Origin: a virus
Strand: one strand, 5' to 3'
DNA: 64,000 nucleotides
Virus record (IMG/VR): IMGVR_UViG_3300025120_000001
Coordinates: 48,135-112,134 of that record
Made by a program: the position numbers and the translations under genes. Position 1 is the first letter of the stretch. Each line of letters starts with the position of its first letter. The notes beneath the pieces were generated by a model. The model searched no databases. It was not told the origin of the DNA and worked only from the letters and a program-made list of their open reading frames with translations. Shown in pieces: positions 22,161 through 32,100 of the stretch.

Positions 22161-25100
22161 TTATAATATTTTAACGCTGCCACCAGCAGCCATTATTTTT
22201 GCAATTTGCTCTGTAGATAATTCTACTGAATCCATATCATGAGGGCTTGCCTTTTTATAAGATCTAGCTTTAGGGCTTGCCTCTTGTATCTCTTGTAGTA
22301 ATTGTTGTAAATATTCTTTCATCTGCATAAGCTGTTCAGGATTCATGGCTTGTTGCATCATTTGAGCCTGACCTTGAGGATCCATCATTTGTTGTGCTAA
22401 ATCATTCATGTATTGCATCTCCATCATTCTAGGATCACTAGGTTGCATGTTAGGTTGCATTTGACGTGGTTGTTCCGATTGATTTATCATACCACCCATT
22501 TGTTTAAACATTGCATCATACTCAGCTTGAATAGCATCTCTTTCTTGCTCTAATCTTGGTGTAGCTCCTACATATCTCATTACACCTGAGTCATCCGTAT
22601 AGTAATTATCTTCGCCTGTTCTCATTGGATCACCTTCAAAGTTTCTTGACTTATATCCGTCATATACACCTCCTGGATTATTATATAAATCTAAAACCTC
22701 ATCATCCCCATAACCTGCAGATATTACACTATGCTGTGAGCCACTAGATGCACCACCTGGTTGATTATACATATGACCTCTAATTAGATCTCCTTCTTGT
22801 GTTGGCATAGTCCCTTTAGGTTGAAGTTCAAATCCCATTTGCTCAGCGTAAGAATTAAATTGAGCATTTCCTGGTATCATAGGAATCTTATCACCAGGAC
22901 CATATGTTCTACCATTTACCGTAAACTCTTCCTGACCTTCAGGAATTGTAACTCCAGCATCTCTCATTATTTGACAGGAATATGTATTACAAGCAAAGCC
23001 CGTATTATCTACCCATTTTGCTAAGTTATCAGATATTCCAGCTTGTGAAGCGGATGCATTAGCATCTCCAAGTTCTCTAGCTCTTGCTGATACAGCTCCT
23101 CTAACATCTGTTACTCTAGACATCTCTGTATCATATGCAGCATTGGCAGCATTAAGTCTTTCTTGCATTGCTAGTTGTTCTGGAGTTAACTCTGGAACTA
23201 CAGTTTCTTCACCACCCTCTTGACGCATTTTTGTACCTAGTCTTGAAAACTGAGTAGGTTTATTTCTAACCAATTTATCTTTACTCCAATTCCAAGGTTG
23301 TATGTTATGACCAAACTTACTTAACTTAGTAAAAGTATGATCTGGTCTACGCTCTCTTCCGTGAGGTTTATTACCACCTCTTTCAATTCTTTTTGCTTGT
23401 CTTTCATTCTTGCGAAAATCTCTATCTCCCTGTCTTTCTTCTGGACTTCTTTTAAATATACCCGGGCTACTATTTCTAACTCTACTTCCATCATCTACAG
23501 GACCTAATCCAGAACCTCCTCCAGGTCTTGGACCAGTTGCGCCTGCAGTAGCACCTTGTTGACTTAACATGCTCTGTTTAACCATATCTAAACCATCATT
23601 TAAAAACTGTCTTTGTGATGGACTAGCATTTGTTATTTTTGATTTTGCTTCATCTGTATTAAAAATTGAAGGTTCTCTTTCGCCACCCTCTTGAGCAAAA
23701 GGAAGACCAAATCCTCCACCCATTTGCATAGGCGGCATTGTCCCAACACCTTCTTGCATGATCTCTGGACTTGGGCCTTTCATCTGTCTTTGCATTTGCA
23801 TCATCAGTTGATCCATCTGCATTTTATGTTGCTGTTGCATCCTTCTAATGACATCCTCATACTGTCTAACTATAGCTTCTTGATTTTGAACATGACCCAT
23901 TTCAGGTTTACTATTTCCTATTATTTCTGCCACTATCTCTTTTCCATTCTGACCTTTCTGAATTCCGTTCATTATTTTTTGTTGAACCGCAGGAGGAAGG
24001 GCATTGAAACCCGGGTTATTATAGGAACCACCATTCTTGTAATTTTGCATCATCATATTATTTAAATTTTCTTGACTATCTTCGGGTAACTCTGCATCTT
24101 TATCATAGTAACCTACACCACCTTTGGAATCCATTCCAAATTGCATACCCTTTGGCATATCTTTCTTATCAGTTTCAAACGCTGATCTTTGATCTGCAAC
24201 ATATTGTAGTTGATCTTTTTGATTTTGATCTAATCCGGACATATCACCTTGAAGTTGATTAAATGATTTATAGCCTTCTTTTTCATAATCAAACGGTTTG
24301 TTAAGTAATTCACCTGTATTAACCTTCTCACCTTTTTTAAATAGGTTGCTGTATTTTTTCTTTTTAATATTTGATTGATATCTAGGATCGTTATAAGCTG
24401 TTTGGTAATTTCCAGTTTCTGCATCATACTTCATCATAAGTTTATCACCGGCATTCTTCATAAGACCTTTTGGTGTCTTGCCTTTCATAACAGCCATGGT
24501 ATCCTTATGTCTATTACGTTTTGCCTTCATATCTCTAAAAGCACCATCTCCTAAACCATCTCCGTCTTTATCCTTACCACCAAATAATCTACCAGCGCCT
24601 TCCGCAACAGTAGCAAGTAAGTTTACGTTCTTACCTTTCATACCAAGATTCATTGGCATGTATGCACTATTTATATTACCTCTAACACTATCATCTATTT
24701 GATTATAGTTTAAAGCATTATTAATACCCATTCCATACTGAGCTTGATTTAAAATCTCTCCATATCTACTAGGTTCTCCGCCTTCTTGAAAGTTATACCA
24801 TTTTCCCGTATTGTAGTTTGGATCTCCACCAAAAACACTATTTAACCCATTAAGAAGCCCATCAGCTTTTTGGTATCTAGTTCCAGCATCTTGAGCTGTA
24901 TTTTTAATCCATCTACCACTTTTGTAGACCGCAGATACACCATCAATAATTTTTGTTGCGCCCTCATGCGCTATCATTCCTAAAGCTAAATCAACTGCTT
25001 TTGCATCGTTTGGATCAATCATCCAATCTGGTGTAATTTTATCTGTAATTCCGGAACCTGCTATTGCTGGAGCTAAACCACTTGCCATGTCTTTTACTCC

Positions 25101-26528
25101 CTGCGTTCTACCTTTATATTCTGAACCCCCAACTTTAGATCTACCTTTATAATTTTGTGCAAGAGTATTGAAAACCATATCAGGATCTGTTAGTGCACCA
25201 TCACCACCTTTACCAATACCAAATTTTGACGCTATATCAGCAAGACCTACTACTCCCGTAGTCTGACCAACGTTCTTATCATCAACACCATAGGCTCTAC
25301 ACACACCATCAGCACAATTGTTATCTCCAAAATGATAGTCTTTTGCTGACTCTGATGCTGTAGTATTTAAGAAGTTTGCAAGTTCATTTGAGTTTAATTG
25401 TATATCTAATGTTCTTGCATTAGATCCTTTGAGAAATGCATCCATTATCCCTTTATTCTCATAATGTTGTGCATACCTACTTCCTTTTCCAGCATTGTCA
25501 TCTCCCCCGCTATCATTTTTCATAGCATAGGCCTGACCTCTTTCTTCCCATCTATTGACTAGGGCATCTTGAACTTTATCATCATTATCTCTATACTGCA
25601 ATACAGGATTGCCATTAGGATCAATCAATATAGTTTCAATATGACCAGGAGGCATATTCAAATATTCATAGTTTGTACCTTTTGGATACGCTACAACTTT
25701 TGTTGTATACCCGCTGCCTTCTTTTATAATATCCTGATAACTAGGAATAGTCTCAGAAGCTACAACATCTTGTGAGCTTCTTGCTGCTCTTTCCTTATCA
25801 GCCTTATCTTTTAAGTACTTTGCTTTTTGATTATTATCCCAAGCCTTTTGTTCTTCTGTGCCTTCCCACTCATCAACGTTATCTCCAAACACGTCAGCTC
25901 TAGCAGATTTCAACGGTACTTCATTTCCAGATTTCTGCAAGTCTCTCCACTTTGTGCCTTTGGCTGACTTTGTAAAATAAGTCATTTCCCCTGTTCTAGG
26001 ATCTGTAATCTTTTTATAGTGATAGCCATCACCTCTATCTGTAATTATATCTTCAATTGGAGCTGAATAATCTAAGTCATCAACTTCTGCACCATCTTGC
26101 GCTATTGGAGTTTGGCTTGGCTGACCTTCCCTGACCATATCTACAGGTGGTCTTTTAATTTGACCTTCTGCAGGTTCTCCTTGAGTAGGTTGTATCGGAC
26201 CTTCTGGTGCTGGAGCTGTTTGTTGTTCTTGCAATTCATTCATTGCACCCATTATCTCTTGTTCACTTAATCCAGCAGATACAAGACCTTGCTGAATTGC
26301 TTCCATTGGAACCTCATTCTGAGCTAAGGTCATAATTAATTGAGCCAAGGGCATTCCTTGTTCTATTGCTGATTTAATCGCAGGTACTAATTGTTCCATT
26401 GGATCATTGGCGGAAGCCGGCATTTGATCCTGTCCTTGTGGTTGCATCTGAGGTTCTCCTCCTGTTTGCATGAAGTCTCTCATTTTTTTGCTATGCAAAC
26501 TTCTATTGTTTAGATTTGAATTGTGCAT
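22161..26528 (-). CDS. Modular cargo polyprotein (1455 aa): permuted papain-like domain, NlpC/P60-like domain, Q/M-rich linkers, about 10 GG-type motifs
   Basis: GHIE...YHFGDNNCADG; ACNTYSC...GDLI...QHSVI; repeated MQTGGE, FQEGGE, AQEGGE, RQEGGE. Confidence 0.7.
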   Translation of the reverse strand: MHNSNLNNRSLHSKKMRDFMQTGGEPQMQPQGQDQMPASANDPMEQLVPAIKSAIEQGMPLAQLIMTLAQNEVPMEAIQQGLVSAGLSEQEIMGAMNELQEQQTAPAPEGPIQPTQGEPAEGQIKRPPVDMVREGQPSQTPIAQDGAEVDDLDYSAPIEDIITDRGDGYHYKKITDPRTGEMTYFTKSAKGTKWRDLQKSGNEVPLKSARADVFGDNVDEWEGTEEQKAWDNNQKAKYLKDKADKERAARSSQDVVASETIPSYQDIIKEGSGYTTKVVAYPKGTNYEYLNMPPGHIETILIDPNGNPVLQYRDNDDKVQDALVNRWEERGQAYAMKNDSGGDDNAGKGSRYAQHYENKGIMDAFLKGSNARTLDIQLNSNELANFLNTTASESAKDYHFGDNNCADGVCRAYGVDDKNVGQTTGVVGLADIASKFGIGKGGDGALTDPDMVFNTLAQNYKGRSKVGGSEYKGRTQGVKDMASGLAPAIAGSGITDKITPDWMIDPNDAKAVDLALGMIAHEGATKIIDGVSAVYKSGRWIKNTAQDAGTRYQKADGLLNGLNSVFGGDPNYNTGKWYNFQEGGEPSRYGEILNQAQYGMGINNALNYNQIDDSVRGNINSAYMPMNLGMKGKNVNLLATVAEGAGRLFGGKDKDGDGLGDGAFRDMKAKRNRHKDTMAVMKGKTPKGLMKNAGDKLMMKYDAETGNYQTAYNDPRYQSNIKKKKYSNLFKKGEKVNTGELLNKPFDYEKEGYKSFNQLQGDMSGLDQNQKDQLQYVADQRSAFETDKKDMPKGMQFGMDSKGGVGYYDKDAELPEDSQENLNNMMMQNYKNGGSYNNPGFNALPPAVQQKIMNGIQKGQNGKEIVAEIIGNSKPEMGHVQNQEAIVRQYEDVIRRMQQQHKMQMDQLMMQMQRQMKGPSPEIMQEGVGTMPPMQMGGGFGLPFAQEGGEREPSIFNTDEAKSKITNASPSQRQFLNDGLDMVKQSMLSQQGATAGATGPRPGGGSGLGPVDDGSRVRNSSPGIFKRSPEERQGDRDFRKNERQAKRIERGGNKPHGRERRPDHTFTKLSKFGHNIQPWNWSKDKLVRNKPTQFSRLGTKMRQEGGEETVVPELTPEQLAMQERLNAANAAYDTEMSRVTDVRGAVSARARELGDANASASQAGISDNLAKWVDNTGFACNTYSCQIMRDAGVTIPEGQEEFTVNGRTYGPGDKIPMIPGNAQFNSYAEQMGFELQPKGTMPTQEGDLIRGHMYNQPGGASSGSQHSVISAGYGDDEVLDLYNNPGGVYDGYKSRNFEGDPMRTGEDNYYTDDSGVMRYVGATPRLEQERDAIQAEYDAMFKQMGGMINQSEQPRQMQPNMQPSDPRMMEMQYMNDLAQQMMDPQGQAQMMQQAMNPEQLMQMKEYLQQLLQEIQEASPKARSYKKASPHDMDSVELSTEQIAKIMAAGGSVKIL

Positions 26529-26550
26529 TTTTTAATTTATTGGATACAAT

Positions 26551-26563
26551 TATAATATACGAA
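26551..26563 (-). promoter_or_regulatory. Putative late promoter TTCGTATATTATA
   Basis: Recurring motif 22 nt upstream of 26528. Confidence 0.55.
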
Positions 26564-26591
26564 TAATTGGTAACATTTACTAATTTAGGGT

Positions 26592-29159
26592 TTAAGATAT
26601 CATTGTAGTCATTATGTAATTAGAAGGGTGCATGTTATTTACCTTAGCCTCTCTATAATAAACTCTATTAAGTTTATCATAGTTTTTCTGTGCTTTCTGA
26701 CTTTCATCTTTACCTACTACATAATCTTTATACAAACCTAATTCTGGAGAAAGTTTAGGTCCTCCTATTTTAAACTTACGTGGTACATTCTCATTATATG
26801 TATCATATAGCTGGGTTTGCATTTTTAATAATTGAGCTGGCTGTAATTGAAAAGCATCTAGATTTGATAATTCTTCTTCTAAAAATTGTTGCTTAGCTTC
26901 AATGTCTTTAGGTGTTATCTCTCCGCCTGATTGTTTTTTAATTAGATCCATCCAGCCTTTAATGTTTTTAACATAACCGGCTCCTCCTTGAGCATCCCCA
27001 GATGTTAAAGAATAAGGTGAGTTCCAATTATAAATAAAAGCATCTATAGGACTAAGATCTGCATTACCTGCAGTTGCTTTATCTATAACAATTTGCTCTT
27101 CTCCATCTTCATCTTTTTCATAACGTGCTGTATATCTACCCGGCCAACCCTCTTCTTCAGCAGCAGCATCAAGGTTTTTCTGAATTTCTTCTAGACTATC
27201 CATAGATCCTAGACCTAAAAAATTAATTCCAGTAAAAAGATCTACATTTACTCCACCATCAGTTTCAAACTCTTTGCCATCATATTTAATGTCACTCTTC
27301 CAGTCTTTAGCTTTACCTTTCCAAGTTGGCGGACGGTAAGTTCTTACACCTTGTTTTCCTTTACCTTTCTTTAAATTCTTTTGAGCTGCTAAATAATTTC
27401 TTGATCCATAAATCATAGAAGCAATGGCAGATTTATCAGAATCTTTTAAATCTGATTGTTGAGTGATGCCGTATTTTTTAGCCAGCTTCATTAATTGTTT
27501 ATCTTCTGAAATGTTACTCCACATCAATTGCGTTAATCCAGAACTATCTTGACCTAATGTTCCCGGTAAAGCTTGCTCAATATTATGTTGATAGCCTCCA
27601 CCACCTTCTGTTTCTTGCATTGAAATACCTATAAGGGCAGCGGACATTTCATCATACTGATCTTCTCTAATTTTAAGATCTTCCATTAAAGAGAATTTTT
27701 TATCTTTTAATGCTTTATAGAAATCTGGGAGTTCATCATCATCCTGAAAATATGATTGATCCATTATAGCATCTAGATTAAGATCTAATTCTTTTGGATC
27801 TTCTCCTGTGTAATAACCCTTTTCTTTTGCCCATTCTAAACCATGTCCTATATGTTCTTTTGGTATAGTGATATTAGATATACCGCCTATTCCATACATA
27901 GTGCTTCCATCAATTGGGACATAATCCCCATAATCATAAACAACAGGAACCCCTCTTTCATCATATCCTACAACTTGAGTACTGTGACCAGAGCTAACCA
28001 TTCCGAGTTTATTATTTTCTCCTTTTTTATCTAAGTATTGATCAAATCCTATTATTGTACCTGGAGTCATATCTTTATATAACTCTTTTAGTTGTTCTTC
28101 AGTTAAGCGGCTTGACTCATTATTTGCCCAATTTTCATCAGTAGTGTTATATAAACTTTTACCCCCTTTGCCAACCATCATGCCGTGTATATCCCAACTA
28201 TCTGCTGTATAATCATATTCAGTTTCTCCATATACATCCCGGCTAAAAGATGGTTGATTCTTAATCCAATTATATGTATTAGATCCTTCACCAAATCTAT
28301 CATCCTCAACATCATTAGTATAATGAACAAACTCATCTGTATTTTTATCATATCCGTAACCCGTTCCAGTATCACTATCTCCAGCAGCCTGTAAACTTTG
28401 TACACCAATATTTTTCTTTAAATTCACTTCATTTAGAAAATCACCACTCGGGTATCTTTGACCAACAAGTTTATCATAAGCATCATATGAACTAGCTAAA
28501 CAACCTTTACCACGAGGATCGCAATAATACTCACCACTTTCACCTTGATTAAGTTTATCAAAATCTGCAGCAGAAATATAAAGATCATTTAAATTACTAA
28601 CTCCTTTTTCTCCACCATCTTGAAAATTATGCTTAAATCCAACGTTAATTCCAAACGTAGGATTTTTTCCTAAATGAGCGCTAGGACTTACGCTAAACTC
28701 ATTGCTTCCTTTTTGATACTTAAGATCTAAACCTAAGTCTAATGATCCATTTCTTGAAGCAAGTTCTTGTAATGGCTTAATGTAAGTACCGTGTATATCT
28801 AAATTTTTAGAATTAATATGACCACTATATCCAAGACTATTACTATCCATGAATGCATTACCGCGACTTTTAATAGAAGGTTCTTCTCTATGAGGGATTT
28901 CCAAAACTACATTGCCGGGAAAATCATATTCAAAACCAGGAAACATTCTTTTTTCATTACCAAACTCATCTAAACCTGTAACTGGAAAGTCTACATCTCT
29001 CATTGTTATTCTTCCTGACGGAATTATATTAAACGGGTTATCTACATCAGGGCTATTTCTTTTATACCCTTCTGTTGAGAAACCTGAGCTATATGTAATT
29101 TCTTCATTTGGTCCACCTGGTAAACCTCTCCTTATTATGTCCTCGTATTTGTTTATCAT
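26592..29159 (-). CDS. Modular cargo protein (855 aa): N-terminal domain, beta-strand module, NlpC/P60-like domain, lysozyme/lytic transglycosylase-like domain
   Basis: GCLASS...PGTIIG...GHSTQVVG...YD; ISMQET...SSGLTQL...YNWN...GYVKNI; boundaries FQDGGE, KQSGGE, FKIGGP. Confidence 0.68.
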   Translation of the reverse strand: MINKYEDIIRRGLPGGPNEEITYSSGFSTEGYKRNSPDVDNPFNIIPSGRITMRDVDFPVTGLDEFGNEKRMFPGFEYDFPGNVVLEIPHREEPSIKSRGNAFMDSNSLGYSGHINSKNLDIHGTYIKPLQELASRNGSLDLGLDLKYQKGSNEFSVSPSAHLGKNPTFGINVGFKHNFQDGGEKGVSNLNDLYISAADFDKLNQGESGEYYCDPRGKGCLASSYDAYDKLVGQRYPSGDFLNEVNLKKNIGVQSLQAAGDSDTGTGYGYDKNTDEFVHYTNDVEDDRFGEGSNTYNWIKNQPSFSRDVYGETEYDYTADSWDIHGMMVGKGGKSLYNTTDENWANNESSRLTEEQLKELYKDMTPGTIIGFDQYLDKKGENNKLGMVSSGHSTQVVGYDERGVPVVYDYGDYVPIDGSTMYGIGGISNITIPKEHIGHGLEWAKEKGYYTGEDPKELDLNLDAIMDQSYFQDDDELPDFYKALKDKKFSLMEDLKIREDQYDEMSAALIGISMQETEGGGGYQHNIEQALPGTLGQDSSGLTQLMWSNISEDKQLMKLAKKYGITQQSDLKDSDKSAIASMIYGSRNYLAAQKNLKKGKGKQGVRTYRPPTWKGKAKDWKSDIKYDGKEFETDGGVNVDLFTGINFLGLGSMDSLEEIQKNLDAAAEEEGWPGRYTARYEKDEDGEEQIVIDKATAGNADLSPIDAFIYNWNSPYSLTSGDAQGGAGYVKNIKGWMDLIKKQSGGEITPKDIEAKQQFLEEELSNLDAFQLQPAQLLKMQTQLYDTYNENVPRKFKIGGPKLSPELGLYKDYVVGKDESQKAQKNYDKLNRVYYREAKVNNMHPSNYIMTTMIS

Positions 29160-32100
29160 CTGAATGAAAGATTAAGTTTTGAATTTACTAATTTCAGAAG
29201 CATTTTCCTATTGTTAGAAAGATTTCTTCTCAGTAATATTTTATTATAATAATGTCTGAATTTTTTTCTTTGATCTTCTGCTTTATTATAATTTAAGTTT
29301 ACAGGGTTCAAATTCCTTATATAGCCATTACATTCTGTTATTAGAATATTTCTTTCCGCGTTGGTAAATTCACCTCTGTCATCTGTTACATCCCAGAACT
29401 GATTGAATCTAAACTTCTGTTCAACTTTTGAATATAGTATTTGTATATCATTTGAATTTATTATTGGATATGTAAGTGCATTCAAAGGATCTTCTTTTGG
29501 TTCTAGCTCTAATCTTAATAATCCTGATACTTGTTCTGAGTTATAAATTATAGACTCATCAAAATTAAAATCAAGATCATGCCATCTATCATCTCCACAT
29601 GCATTGAATTGATCTCCTTTATACACATAGCTTTCTAATTGATATTCAAGACTACGTATTGTCATTACGTTTTGACCAGTGTGTTCAACTAATTCAACTT
29701 CCCATGGATAATCTATACCATAATAATTTGCAAATAAATCACATCTATAATTATGTCTCCATATACCTCCTATATCAAAATTAGGTTCAGTACTTTCTAA
29801 TAAATTATATGTACACATCCTTGGATTAGGATTTATATAATTAGGATTTCCATTTGGACCTGCTTGATAAACATCATCGCAGTCACCTGATTGTATAACA
29901 ATGGCATCCGGATCTGAACCAGGAGGGCATAAGCATGTTACAGTTCTACAAATAGGCGGTGGTATATCACCATCAAAGCAATCACCATCAGGATTTGTAA
30001 AGTTTCTGGCTATTGGATCATAGTAAACAAGAGTTCCTCCACCTACAGATTCACATTCACAGTCTCCTGCTAAAGGTACAGTTTCAATTTCAATACATTG
30101 CAATTGACCACCGCAATTTGTTAAAATACCACCGTTAGGGCAGCTGCAACCTATTGTTGTTCCTATTTCAAATATACCACCTAGCGTTGCCTCTCTTGTT
30201 GAATATAGAGTAACTGTAGCTAATGTAGCATCATCTGTTATTGTAGCTAATGTAGCGGCATCAGCATCATAAACCTCTGCGCCAAATGAAGCATAAGATC
30301 CATCATTATAACCTTCTAGTGTAATAATGTTTGTACCCGGATTAAGAGTAATTGGAATAACATGCCAGTATTTAAAGTTATTCGTGTCACTATTATTAAG
30401 CTGTACTGTAAGATCTCCATTAACTGAAAACCTAGTTCTGTTGTCTGCGGCAATACCAATACAATACTCTTTTTGTACTTCAACTTGAACACAAACTGTA
30501 AACCCTATCCATTCTCCAACCGGTTGAGGGTTGTTTCCTGCTTCAGTCCATACACCAACTGTATTTAATCTATTTCTCCACAGGTCGCATGAAGAACTCC
30601 ATGACCCGCAAGGATCAGGTAAATAGTTATCTACCAACAATTCATTACCAAGAGCATCATCTAATCTAAAAGGACTTGATGAACTTACAGATGATATAGG
30701 CAATGGTCTTCCTGTAGCACTTTCATAAAACCTTGTACCAAAGTCTCCATAAACTTCTTCTTGCTGTGCTTTATTTACCTTTATTTCTTCTCCGCAAGAT
30801 ACAGGAAATATTGTAAAGCTTTCACAAACACCCGTTTTCTCATTATATGTGAATCCTTCTGGACATTCAGTTTGAATTCCAATTGGGGTATCAATAACAG
30901 TAACTCTTGCTGGTTCAGTTTGATTAATCAATCTTTCGCAATCTCTAGTTATTGCATTATAAACATATCCTTCCGGACATTGTGGTATATCTGTAGTACC
31001 AGATTGAGTAGTTAAGAAATGATTAATACTTGATAAATTTAATTCAGGATGCCAATCATGAAATGATATCCATGCTTGAGATTTTGGATCATAACTAACT
31101 GTCCAAGAACAATCATTAAAGTATTGAGGATCTCCTATTTCAATACAACGTGTATTAGCAATTGGTGGAATTGATGGAATTGATGCAATCGGTTCTGCAA
31201 TACCTATTACATTTGCATCAACTTCTTCAATACCTACTTGTGTATTCGTTTGATTAAGTTGAGCTGTTCTTGATCCAGGCTTTTGATAAACTGGCGGAAC
31301 TAAAGGATCTTTATAATCTACATGAGGATTTAATGGAGGCAGTTTACCGCTAAATGTAAAGCAATCTGCTTCTGCATCATAGCTAACTGAGTTAAGATAT
31401 TCATCTCTAACTGAATAATCTCTTTTGCAGAAGTAAACAATATCATCTGATATGTCATAAGCAACTTGACAACCAACTCCAATTACGGGATTATCAGCCA
31501 ACTTGCTAAATTCTAATGCAGGATATTGACTAATAAGATTAGATGGTAAATATTTATTAAACCACCACTTCATACCACTATTAGATATAGGCTGTAAACC
31601 TTGACCGTTTTGCTGAAACACCTTACCTTGTGCTTGTGATATAAAGAAGAAACCAAACGGAGTATTCATTACACCTCTTTGACTTTCACAAGATCCATAC
31701 TCATTTGATAAATCAGAATTAACTAGATTTTGAAAAGGTTGGCTAAATAATCCGCCATCCCCAATTGTTAGCTTAGTTCCAAGATCTGTTTGTAATTGAT
31801 CTAGTCCTTGAAACATTTGGGGAGATTGATAAGGAAAGAATATAACAGCCCCGCTTTTATTAGTTGGTTTAATTATGTTAACTCTATCTTTAAAGTCTTT
31901 ATAGTTATTAGGTAAAAATACTCTCCAAAAATCTTTCTTTGATTCTTCTTGTGCTTGTAATGAATATATTAATCTTTTTGGATAATTTGTAAAACAAGTT
32001 TCTGCAATTTCAGGATTATAATCTCTAGGTTGTATTACACCACCTTTAGTTAGGTTAGTTGCAAATCTGCTTGCGCTTAATGAATAATCATATGTGTAAT

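Noticed and set aside
22300-26460. Gln/Met/Pro-rich stretches as tandem repeats
   Set aside because: Low-complexity protein linkers without a fixed DNA repeat unit.
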